Below the pieces are notes generated by a model. The model saw nothing but the letters and a program-made list of their open reading frames with translations. It was not told the DNA's origin and did not search any database. A stretch of 64,000 nucleotides of DNA, taken from positions 4,240,327 through 4,304,326 of the forward strand of contig MU061579.1 in assembly GCA_013265495.1 (NCBI GenBank), given 5' to 3'. Below, in pieces: positions 49,622 through 61,821 of this stretch (its first letter is position 1; each line of letters starts with the position of its first letter). The stretch is from Vicugna vicugna (taxonomy: Eukaryota). The translations under genes were made by a program, and so were the position numbers.

Positions 49622-51826
49622 AATAGGGAGATATTAAAATGTAGTGATAAAAAATTGAACACATTTAGACAGAATTGCATAGGGCCAGTCATGACTTTCA
49701 GCCTAGTCTTAACAAATTGAGCACATCTGCAAAGCAATATTAGTGTGTTTTAATTATTTCTGAAGAACTGTCCTGCTTAGTTCCCATGTAAAAGCAGAGC
49801 GGGAATGAAGAGAGGACCGAAGAGATGGGGGAGAGTCGATAATGTTAGGTAGGTTAAACAAAGGTAAAAAAGTCTCCAGTGTTTAGAAAACGGTGAAGGG
49901 ATCACTAAGTGATCTTTACTGTATCTCGTACAGAAACTCTAGAAACTCAGAACTTTATTATGTAAATACGTATGTGTGTGTATGTGTGTGAGTGTGTATG
50001 TGTGTAGGCTGAAATATAAATCAAAAAAGTAATGTATATAACTTTCCAAGTGTTCCCCAGTGTTTTGTATAACATCATTATCAGCAAAGTTTAAAATATT
50101 CAGAGTATAATTATCTATCACTAAATTTTCCACCCAAATAATTTAGACTTCATCAATATACATAGTCACACACATGCACACACACAGGTGGATGGATGTA
50201 TAGATTCATAGATACATAAATAGAGTATTTTAATAGTGTACTATTACCTAACAACTAAGAAAATCTGGAATATTTTTTCCCATTAGAACAATTTACAATT
50301 TAGAGCCTTATTCAAGTTGCTAAAACTTCATCATGACATCCTAACATATTTTTCAGGATTAATTAGTAGTTTTAATATATAGTAAGTATATTTTAGTAGC
50401 TTGCTGTAGAGGCCTATTATCCCAATTAAGAAATGTTTAAAATAGAAGTATGTTTTTTATGCAATTTTAATATGTTTTGGTCACTAGACTAAAATTTTAA
50501 AAACTCTTCTGGTGGTATTCTTTTAGGGATTCTTTCACAGAAAGGGAATTAGAGTGGGAAGGGAGAAGTCATGTTAAGAAAGACTGTCCTAAGAAAATAA
50601 CCACTGAAGGGAAATAAAAATAGAGGATGAAAAAAATGTCAGATGAACTTTCACACTGGAAGCATTGTTTAAGTTCATGATATGTACAGTGTTTGAATTT
50701 CTATCCATAAATTGTGTATGCAGCAGTATGTTCAAAGTGTTTTGGCTGACATTCTAAAATACACAGTCCCATGTCCCAAAGTTTCTGTATACCCTGTCCC
50801 CTATTGTCTAAATTAAATAAGACCTTCAATCTGTTACATCAGGATCTATCCTCCAGAATATTTTCGAGAACCAGCAGGGAACACTTACGTATCTTAGTTG
50901 TTACTTCTCAAATCTTCCTCTGAATTTTTTGTTTCAAGCTTTTCTTCATTATTTCAAGCCATGTCTTTTATCTTCAGCCACACCTTTGTAGTTTATTGCC
51001 AATCTTTTTTGCCTATGAAAATGGACACGGCCTTTTCCTTTATTCCCGAAGACAGTGATAACACAGAACTACTTGGGGATATCATAGGCAATTTAAAACA
51101 GAAAATTTATAAAATTGGATGTCAGACATCATTGTGTCTTACAGTTAATTGTCCATTTCTGGTCCAAGGACTTTCAGTCTGATCCCTGCTCCCCTCCCAT
51201 CTCTTTCTTCTTAGCTTGAAGCTGCTTCTTAGATCTAAGGTCCAGGACTTTGACACCTGTTAAAGTGTTCAATGTATTTCCTCCTTTCTGCTCAACCTAC
51301 ACAATTATTTATAATAAAATCTACCTCAGAAACATATTCATTCCTTTCTCATGAGGGAGGTATTTTACTAGTGTCAAATGAATTATCCAAGAATCATAAG
51401 TGGATGGTTTTCTTAAATGTATGGAACTAAAGGATAATTCTGGATAATTTCCAGAACGAAAAAAGTCCATTGTTAATTGACTTGCTTTCCACATCACTAA
51501 AAATTGCTAGTGACTTTGAACATTAATTTTCTAACTAAAATAAAATTTAAAGTTTTTGCTTTATGTATAGCAAGGCAAATGAAATATCTCTTCCAATAAT
51601 TGCAATTCAAGTAATACAACTAGCTTCAGCTTACTCGTTGGAGCCATTATAGTAGCTTTCAGTTCCATTAAACTAATGCTTGTTGATTTCCTGCAATTTA
51701 TTAAGACTTGGTAGACACCAAAGAAATATTCAGCATCTGTCTTTGAGAAACATACTCTGCAATGAGATTTGATAGATTATACAGATGACAGAAAGCCTCT
51801 GTGATCGCACACGTGCACGCGGGCGC
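49622..51826 (+). repeat. Tandem duplication, copy 2 (2205 bp), followed by (CA)n
   Basis: Junction ...cacgcgggcgc|aatagggagat; copy 2 ends ...cacgcgggcgc|acacacac. Confidence 0.97.
50889..51012 (-). other. Candidate non-coding exon (124 nt), donor intact only in duplication copy 2
   Basis: Minus strand gtgtccattttcatAG|gcaaaaaag...ctaagatac|GTAAGT; stop codons in all three frames. Confidence 0.25.
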
Positions 51827-54319
51827 ACACACACACACACACCGAGGGCTACTCAAAATGCAAGGCTGAGGCTATACTTTTGGTGCACTGCATGAGCCTT
51901 CAGAAAAGTTTCCCTTTCCTTGTAAGAAGTATTAAATAGCTTCTTTCTAAACTTTGTAAAACTTTTTGTCTGTTATTTACACTTTGTTTCAACATTTCCT
52001 CCCTCATCATTTATTCCATTCACTTACATATCTGTATTTAGGATAGTAAAGTGCATCAGGATTCTTTGGGGGATAATAGTCAACATATAAATCTGCTCTG
52101 CCATCCTCAACTATCAGTTTCACATGGGTTGATAAAAACTGTTTTCCTTGATCTGCCTTTTTTGTTGCCAGATATAAATCTCTAATTTTATCTGTTTTCT
52201 AACTACCTGTTTATATAATAATCTAAAAATAAATTTGTCAGATTTTCGAAACTAAAGTGTATCTGTTTTTGTACAAACAGTACATTCACCTAGGGTGAAA
52301 AATTGTAGAATCACTTTTAACACATGTTAACCTTTGCTACGATCTGCTAATTGACTTCTCATAGAATTTTTCACTGATCAGTCTTTATTTTGCTTTTCAT
52401 TGTAGAAGCCTGAGCACAGGTTCTTGTTACTTTTATTTATAATGGGTCTCCTACCTTGCTCCTAGGTCCACTTGACTCCATCATGCTTAGTATTCACAGC
52501 TTTATTATGTGTCTCAATTCCTATTCATTCTTTCTAGGAAACATTTAGTCATTGCAATTGGATAATTGTGTACATGTCGTCTCTTGTGATTGCCTTGATG
52601 TCAGGGGCCATATTTTTTTGTGTTTCTCTCAATACCTGGCCCATAGAAGGATCTATAACTTTACTGTTGCTGTTGCTGAATGAAAGAATTAGCTAATCAA
52701 CCTCTGGACTAAAATACCCTACAAAAAATCCAGAAATATGTGTTTTTCCTGCTTCAAAGCATACATGATAAAAACTAAAGTCTTAGAGATGCAATTAGGG
52801 GTTTAGGCTCTCCACAATCTGCAGTTTCTTACTGGTCTCATTCTCTCTCACTATTCCCTTATTTCAGTCAAACACGTGGTTGATATGCACATTTTCCTCA
52901 CTTTTCTTTCTATGAACCTATGCTTGTAACACTCCCACTTGCATATGTTAATACATTTTCTTTATTTTATGTCATCGCCATTTCACATCTCACCTCTTTT
53001 TAAGTTCAGTTGAAACACTACTTTCTTGCCGATGTCTTTCCTAATCACCCACTTTGGCAAAGATTCCTCTTTCATTACTCAGGGCACAGGACTTCTATCT
53101 CTCACCTGCACCTGTAACATATAACCTTATTTTTAATTATTTATATACTCATCTCCTATTGTAGGTCACAGGTGCCTAATGAATGAATGAGTGAGTGAAT
53201 GAGAGTGGTATTTAAAGTGACCTTTAGTTGAAATGAAATTGCATATAGTTGAAGAAAGAGGCAAATGAACTAACTGAGGGAAAAGAAGTTATTTATTTTT
53301 AAATGTTTTCATTAAAGGTCTAGAAGTAGTTCTATAATGAAAGAAGGGCATGTTAGGATCATTGTGTAGGCAATATTATATAAGATATACTAGTCCAATG
53401 AGCCCAGCTAGACTCATATTCTAAAATGTAATGTTAATATGACAGGAATAACCTTGAGCTAAAAACCCAAAACCCAGCTGTAATGGCATATTCATAAGGT
53501 TATCTGTTATTTGGAAGGTCTGGGAAAACTGAAAGAACAATTCGTAGATTTCCCACCTACTCCACCACTGGAGATGGAGGAAGAGGATGTTCCTCTTTGG
53601 TCTCATAAGTGAAAAGATTCACCTTTATGTAAGCTTCTGTAAGCTTGTGCTTATGCTTTATATAAGTGTTCTAGAAGTTCTTTTCCTTGCTTCTGTACAT
53701 AGCACATTTACATGCCAGCGTTTTGGCATTAAAATGAGTTGGCATTCTGTTTGTTACATGCCATTTTAGCAACCCTGGTATGATATGACCTCAAAGACTT
53801 GCTCAGTATCTTCTACTCCAAGCCTTACAGAAGCTCAGCACGATAACTTCACTTCAACACTTCAGCAATGATGAAAAAGCACAACTCACTTTTCTCTTCC
53901 TAGTCTGCTCCACTTTCTAACTTTATCATCTGTTAAGATTGACACAAACAGAGAAAGGCTCTGAAAAGCTAACGTACATTTCTGTTACTGCTGTTACATC
54001 TTTTCAAAAATTTGTCTAAAATATTTCCAATTGATTTGAATGTTCTGAGATCAAAATTATTGTCTTTATTCATGTGTTTCTTTGTCATACTTATGAACTA
54101 TATTTCTTTGGTGAAGGGTAGCTAATGTATTTTCATTGTAATCTGGATAGATTAGGATCTTTATTTTCTCTGAAACATCAAAAAGAAACAATTGTGCTCT
54201 CTGTGAAACACCTTCCATTAAGCGCTGTTGCTATGACGCAGATGATTTGGAGCAAGGGCTAAAAACAGTTACCAACTCATTTCTCCCAAGGCCTTCAAAA
54301 TGCTTGTCAACAGGAAATG

Positions 54320-54500
54320 CTGAGACTTGATTAGACTAGTGTTACTGTATTCCCATAACATTTCTTCTTTGAGACTCATTTTCCTTATCTGCAAAAAAAA
54401 AAAAAAAGAAGCTAAAAATACCCACCCCTGAGAATTTTCTTTGAAGAATAAAGATGTAGGATATGCAAACGTGCCCAGCCTGTAACAGTGACTCAGAAAT
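54320..54500 (+). mobile_element. MIR SINE
   Basis: tttgagactcattttccttatctgcaaaa...atgcaaacgtgcccagc. Confidence 0.55.
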
Positions 54501-55074
54501 GTTTGTTTCTCCTCTCCCTTTCTTCTTATTTGTTCATGTATATGTGAATAAAGCCCAATTCAGAAACAACTTGTTTTTAAAAGACTGACGCTAACATTTT
54601 GGGGGGAAGAATTTTGTGTCAATTTGCTTAAAAACATCTGTGAATAAACAGTAGTTGGAAAAATTGAAAAATAAAACTCTTAAATATTTAGATGAGCAGA
54701 AAATCATCGTGCAGTTTTTACTTGTCAAATGTGAACATAGTTACTCTACCAGACACTGACCTGCACTACAGATTTCTATTAACAGAATCATAGAATGTTT
54801 TCTTTTACTAGGATTCCTAATAGTTCAAACAAAAGTTACCTACTCCTATTTGTGATGGATTGCTTGCCACCTTTGCCATTTAACATGCAGTAAGATGACA
54901 GGCAACATTAGCTGAATTCTTCAGCCTCAAATTTGCTTCATACTTCTCACCCTCCAGTTGGGAATGAAGAGTCTGTATTGTTGAGGCAGAACATGAAGCC
55001 ACTATAGATCCTTAGCTAATTGGCAATGGATGATGGGCTGATAGACTGCAAGATGATGGAAACACAGGAATATT

Positions 55075-55323
55075 CATGTATTCACTCATTATTTACTCCT
55101 CATATGTGTTAAACAAACATGTATGTCAGATACTGCTGGGTTCTGGAGTTAGAGCAGTGACCAAGAGAAAAAGGGCCCTGATTTAAGTGGCTAAAACATT
55201 ATATTGTATATTGTATTATTGTTTGCACTTTTTTATTCTCTTCCTTTTAAGACAGTTATATATTACTACTTATTGCAATGTGACTTGTCTATGTCTCCCA
55301 TGGGAGGAATGTATGTGTGTGTA

Positions 55324-55364
<41 letters not shown>

Positions 55365-56290
55365 TTTCATCTTCTTTGACTTCGGTCATATGACTTCTGA
55401 CTTCTTCTGGACAATAGCTTGTACTTGAACCATATGCACCATGTCCAAGCAGAAATTTAAATGATGTCACAAGTCTCCCCTTCAAGAATTCATATATCTG
55501 TGTAAGTAGTATGATTTTAAATTGAGGCCCAGAATGAAAGAACTTGTGAAACAGAGCTATAGTCTAGCCACAAACTGGCGTAAAACCTAAGCCTGGAGCA
55601 TAACTGCAACACCCAGCAGCATACATGTTACGTGATGGAGAACTAAATCGTTGTTGTTAAGTCATTGTGACTTGGGATTATATGTTACCACAGCAAAGCT
55701 GACAAATATAGATAATAAATACACAAATAATAACTCTTCAGAAAGTACTAAATTTTATGCAAACAATTAAAATGGCAAAATTGGCATAAAGTTATATGAA
55801 TGATATTTTAGATTTGTTGATTAGGAAATGCCTCTCTGAAGAGGTGACATTTAAGCTGAGACTGCCTTATAGGAAGTCATCAGTTAAAGACAGAAAGGAG
55901 GAAAAAAAAAGGAAAAGCCATTACAAATGTCCTTGAACAAGAAAGAGTGCAATATAAATGAGTATGTTGAAATTCAAGGACACCAAGAAGGCCAGTGTGG
56001 CCTTCAGAGCAAAATGGGTAAGGAAGAATATGACAAGACATAGCTCATGGAGGTAGGCAGACACCAGTTCATGTAGGGCTTCATAAATTAGGTTCAATAG
56101 TTTGAATTTTATGAGAAATAATTGGAAAGGTCAAAGCAAAAGAGACATGTGACCTTATTTACATTTTTAATAGATGACTCTGACTGCTATTTTGACAACT
56201 GGTTTTAAGAGGGCAAAGTAGAAGCTGGGACATATTTGATACTTTGAATTAGTCCAGAGAAGGTGTGGTGATGACTGGATTGGAATTATG
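55075..56290 (-). mobile_element. L2 fragment interrupted by an MLT1 LTR (~55190-55710) that contains a (TG)n(TA)n STR
   Basis: attcactcattatttactc...; ggaaatgcctctctgaagaggtgacatttaagctgaga (L2a); the MLT 3' end gttgttgttaagtcattg...gttaccacagcaaagctgac. Confidence 0.65.
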
Positions 56291-56907
56291 AATAATTTAA
56301 ATTTACTTATTGCATATTCAAGTAGATATGTTCTCCAGAGTTCTGGACCCATTATTCTTTTGTCTTAGTGGAGGTAATCCCAGGGAAGCTTTTAAAGAAG
56401 TGGTTTAGTCTGCTTCATTTAGAGTTGTCTGATTAGTTCTTGGGGCAACTTTTGTCTTCACAAAACCAAGTTAGATGCTCCAGTTATGGGGCAAAATTAT
56501 TTTATACTACTTTTTTTCTTTTCATCACTGTGAAATAGCATTTCCATCAGTGCTGCTGCCACCAGCACGTGTTGTTACTGCTTGCTTTTCATCTCACCGT
56601 GAAGTATGGTGATCTACTTCAACACTCCCCTTAGAACAAAATAGAAAAAAAATGTTTTTATGCAAATTTAATTTCTTTTGTATTTCAGAATAAATATTGT
56701 CAGATTTAAAAATCAGATTAAAAAATATCAAACTGACTGGCAAGCTTGGTTGTCTTTAAATAGATTTTTTTCTGAGAGCTTATTGTTCAAATAAAACTAA
56801 GTAACTTCTGATTTTCTCATTTGTCAAAAGACTTAGTGGCAAAAATGGAAAAGAAGGCAGTAGGCACATGGGATCAAGTCATCTGATACATTTTCAAGTT
56901 TCGATGT

Positions 56908-57274
56908 TGCTGTGGGTTGAATTGTGTTCCCCTAAAATGCATGTTGAAGGCCTAACCCTCAATTTCACTGTACTTGGAGACAGGACCTGGGATGAGGTGA
57001 TAAAAAGTAAATGAGGTCGTAAGGATGCAACCCTAACTTGATAGGGTTGGTGCCCTTACTGGAAGGGGAAGAGATCCTGGAGCTCCTTCTCTGTACCATG
57101 TGGAGATGGCAGAGAAGGCAGTCATCTACAAGCCAGAGACCTTACTGCACATTGAATTTGCCAGCACCTAGATCTTGGGCTTCCCAGTCTCCAGAACTGT
57201 GAGAAATAAATTTTGGTTGTTTAAGCCACCCAATCTATGCTATTTGGTTATGGCAGTCTGAGCTGTCTAATACA
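56908..57274 (+). mobile_element. MLT1A0-like solo LTR, full length
   Basis: TGCTGTGGGTTGAATTGTG...ccagaactgtgagaaataaatt...gtttaagccaccc...ctaataCA. Confidence 0.9.
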
Positions 57275-60200
57275 CATGTGTTCTCAACAATTAGCTGTTT
57301 TAATCAATTTTCCATTTTACTGGGAAACATAATAATCATCATAGCTGTTTCTTTAATCTCTTAAAAAATAGGCAATTGAAGGCTCTGACAAATTCAGTTA
57401 CCTATGTTTTTATTGTTTAGCATGTTTTACTTTTGTCTCTAAGGTGTTTATAATAATTTTAAAGATATTGAATGAGTTTTAATATTAAATTATTTTGAAT
57501 TTTTCTGTCAAAGCATATTTTGGAATTTGACAGTAATTTTTCCTTCTTTGTGCTCTTTACGTGACAGATATTTTTCAATTAACTCTTCTACTCATTTTGT
57601 AATGTTAACTCAGCATTTAATAAATACTAGTTGATTTTTTCCATAAGGTTTTTAAAGTCAGGCAGCTTCGCTTATAGATGCTTTTAAGGTTGTATTTCTT
57701 TAAATTATAGATTACTGAAGCACTATTCCTGAGCATAACATTTTCTTAATGTCTCTATTATAATCTTTTATTAAGTATTCTTTTCCCTGAACTATCGTCA
57801 TCCTTCTAAACATCTTTCTTATGCTCCAAACTATAAATTTTCTAATAGTAATAAACATTAGTTTATTTTTTATATTTCCTGTCTTTGTTGCCAAAAATCT
57901 AACACTTTGTACAATACTTTCTACAAAAACAAGAAAGCCTCCAAATTTTATTTTTCTGATCAATGTTGATATTTTTCTTTTGATACCATTATTTTGCTCA
58001 TAAACCAAAATTGTAGCATTAATTTAACATAAAAGCTTCAAAAACTACAGGAGATAGACTATTTGAGATGACTCACTAAGCATATGAAGCTTAGGCCTTA
58101 TTTATAAAGGCACACAGTGATTAACTTATTAATACAGCTTTTTTCTCTAAATGTTTCAAAAACCCATCCACTCCATTTCCAGAGAATGGCTTATACAAGA
58201 ACCAGATGAATTAAGTAGAATTTCTCAAATCATTTGATACCTGGTATTTCTTTCATGATTCCATGCTGCTTCAAAAACATCTATTGAAAGCATCATAGAC
58301 TCATGAGATCGCAAGAACTGAGTTGATACATGTAATTAACTTAGAACAGTGCCTCAAACACAGTAAATGCATATTGATAGCAAAAATTATCTCTGCCACA
58401 CAGATCTTAACAATTATTGTTTCTACTACTGTATTGAGAAGAGTACCAAGTACATGGCAGGTTGTCAATAAATTCTGTTGAATTGATTCCTTACCTTTTA
58501 TTACAGAAGACAGTTTCATCTTTGGTTTTATTTTATAAGTTAGAAATACTAGAAATACATGAGGAATTACTTTCAGGTTTGGCTTCTGTCTACCTGGTTT
58601 AAAGACAACCTCACAAATTCATTTAATTTTCCATTTGAAAAATTCATATGAAAGCAATTTTATTAGGTACCTTCTCATCCAAGGCATAAGTTGACTTAAC
58701 AGAATAAATCCCAAAATCTGAAATTGAACCCAAAGAACTCCTGAGCACATCATTCAGCATATTCTCTCAAAGTAAAGGATAAGAAATATGGGCAGAACAA
58801 GTTAAGCAAGAAATTTGAGCCTGAACATCCTGATAATACAAAGTTTCTCCTTTAAAGCCCTCATATTTCCATATCACTTTGGCTGCCCTGCTTCTTTTAG
58901 GTATAAGGACATCTAATTTATAATTAACAATAAACATTGGAGATATGAAAGTCCTTAATATTCTATAATTCAACCATTTCATTTTTTTAGACAAATGAGC
59001 TGATATTAAAAGATTTGACCTTTTTCACTCAGAGTTAATATTCTAGCAGAAATAGGACTAGAATACAAAACTCCTGGTTCCTGGATGAGGGCTCTTTCCT
59101 TAAGAGTATGTTGACTTATTAGTACTACCAGGTCAGCAGTTGCTGGGAGGAGCTTGATTTCATGATGTAACACTGAGATTAACTGGTTACATTAGTTAAG
59201 CAGAACATGTGATCAGGTACCCAGACATTCTCTAAGCCTAAATCTCCTTTCTCTGGTGCAGAACATTCTAATTATTTCCTCCTGCACATTTTATTTCCTA
59301 CCAGATATGTTTCTGGTGCATAGATGTTGCTTTAAAATGTTTCCTGAATAAATAAATGATGAGGATAGTTGACCTTGTTGCATCAGATTTTATGGAGAGG
59401 TTCTGAGAACATTCAGGACACATGACACACTAATAAAAACTTTTTTCATTTGTGTGATTTCCTTGCTTAGTATTGACAGTACCACAACCTCCAGAAGGAG
59501 GACTGTCCTTGAATTTAAAAAAACATACATGTTCAGCAGATGTTCCTACATGTGTGTGCACTTTTAAAGCAGGCCTTCAAGCATGCATGTTTTCATCTGG
59601 GCTCTGCATTTGCTAGGCCCTAACAGTATCATCTTTTCCCTACATCTTCCCTGACTTACTGGGAAAAATGAAGCAGCTGCATCAGAGAATCTTTGGTCCC
59701 TTCTAGCTGTTGCATTCCCTGTGATTCTCATATGCTATGCTTCTAATTAAACTCCTTGACGCTAATTAAAAATGAGAATAGAACGAATGCCACTAGCTGA
59801 ATCGAGACTCTCTTTTCCATGAAACTTAGTAAACTCTTCAGAACTGGGCTTTTGGATTTTACTTCTAATTAAGATTCTGCTGGCACTCACACCCTATCAT
59901 GTGTACTTTATCATCAGTTCCATAAAAATAATTCCAGATAGTGAATCAGAAAATACCTGTCTTCTCTAAAGTACTGAAATCAGAAGAATTTTTTTTTTTC
60001 TGCAGTGCTGCGGCATCCTAATCTGTGGTTTGGCAGATGGCGTGATGCGGTGTGTAATTTGGCGTGCTAAGTCTATCAGCCTGTGGTCACCCTTAGGCAT
60101 TTTATTTCTGCAGAAACAATGATGATGGCAAGGACAACATGTGGTGACCCACAGAAACATAATCATGTTAACTCCTGACTCTGCAAAAACTTAACACGTG

Positions 60201-60757
60201 GCAATGTGATTAGCATTTTCTGAGGATCCAGCATCTATTAGACAGACCTTTGTTTGACTGTGTTACAATGATTCTGGTTGGTTGGTTCTTTCTTCCATTA
60301 AATTTACCAAAGAAATGCACTGTAGCAGTGTGAAATTGGAGGTCTGTCAACCGATCAGCATCACCTCTGTGCTTCATGCACTAATAATTTCAACTCATAT
60401 ATTTGCTAGTTTTTCTCTTCTCCCTTGCAATTAGGAGACCAGTTTTTGCTTACTATTTTATATCAGCTCTCTGTGACATTTTATTTAATTTCAAATGAGG
60501 TAAGATATATTAAGAATGCAAACTTACAAGGCTTATTTTGTGGCAAGAATGATGTATGTAGTAGAAATAGAGATGTGTAAATGTGAATATCTTGAATAAG
60601 GAAACATTAGGTGATCATTTCTTCTTTATTTTGAAAAATGAACAATATTTTAAAGTGGCTCAAACTTAGGTTTATAAAAAATATGAGCCTATATTTGAAG
60701 AACAAAATGTAACATTATTATTCCCTCCATTTTGTTTTTTAAAAAAAAGGGGCATAT

Positions 60758-60814
60758 CACTGGAATTTGACACAACATTGTAAAATGATTATAAATCAAT
60801 AAAAAATGTAAAAA
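60758..60814 (+). mobile_element. Ultra-short young L1 insertion (terminal ~57 nt)
   Basis: cactggaatttgacacaacattgtaaaatgattataaatcaataaaaaatgt is identical to the end of the 24431 L1; flanked by ggggcatat repeats at a TT/AAAA site. Confidence 0.9.
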
Positions 60815-61327
60815 ACAAGAAGGGGGCATATGATCCCCTCCTTTGAGGGGAAGAATATCTATACAATCAAAGATCAGCTATTAATTTAAGACCTTTAAGT
60901 AAATGACAAAATAAGTATACTTCATAACATATGTGTTACCACTTCTTACTGGGGACATGATTATCTATTTTCTTCTCCCTCCATGGTGATATATATATAT
61001 AGCAAAATCTTAGAAGTGAGGCATCTTCAAAGTGTTTTTCTCCATATATTCTTCCAGTGAAAAAATTCAAAACTGAACAGATCACTTGAAATAATTTTTA
61101 TTTCTTGAGCTCATCTTTGTCCAATCCACAAAGGGACAGGTGAACTTGGTCAAAACTATAGTGAGAATACCAGGTATTTTTTTTTTTAACACGATAGGCA
61201 GAAAGAGGACTTCTTAATCTGAATCTCTGGTCTGTGATGGTAAAGTGATGGAGCCCTAGTCCCCACAAACTTGTTTATGTGGAAGATTTTGACCTTCAGA
61301 ACTCACTGCCTAAATTGCAATTAATTT

Positions 61328-61821
61328 TCCTTTATATTAGCTTGGTTTCTTTTTGTGTTTTTGACTCTATTGTATGCTTTTGATTTGTGGTTGCCCTGTT
61401 TTTCAGGTATGTTAACCCATTACTATATCTGCTTGCTTTAGACGGGTAGTCATGTAGGCTCAAACACATCATGAAAAGAATGAAGAAAAAGAAAGAGAAA
61501 AAAATCTGTATTCTCTCACTCCCCTCTCCCATCTTTTATGAATTTGATGTCCTTTCTTTTTTTAACATCTTCATGTTTATTCTCTTGCAACCCATTGTCA
61601 TTATTGCATTTCCAGTTATGGTTTGTTCATTTCTATAGCTTCCTACTTCTTTTCTATTTAGAGTAGATCTTTCAATATTTCTTTTAGGATGGTTTAGTAT
61701 TGCTGAATTCTTTACTTTTTTGCTTGTCTGTGAAATTCGTTCTGTCTCCTATTCTAAATGATAATCTTGCCAAACAGAGTATCCTAGGTTGCAGGTTTTC
61801 CTCATTCAGGACTTCGAATGT
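61328..61821 (-). mobile_element. Inverted L1 segment (ORF1 C-terminus + inter-ORF spacer)
   Basis: Minus strand encodes FEVLNEENLQPRILCLARLSFRIGDRTNFTDKQKSKEFSNTKP, the L1 ORF1p C-terminal domain. Confidence 0.85.

Noticed and set aside
48693..51182. Identical 94-aa ORFs (48693-48977, 50898-51182) suggesting a duplicated gene
   Set aside because: Identity follows from the recent DNA duplication; non-ATG start, no recognisable domain.
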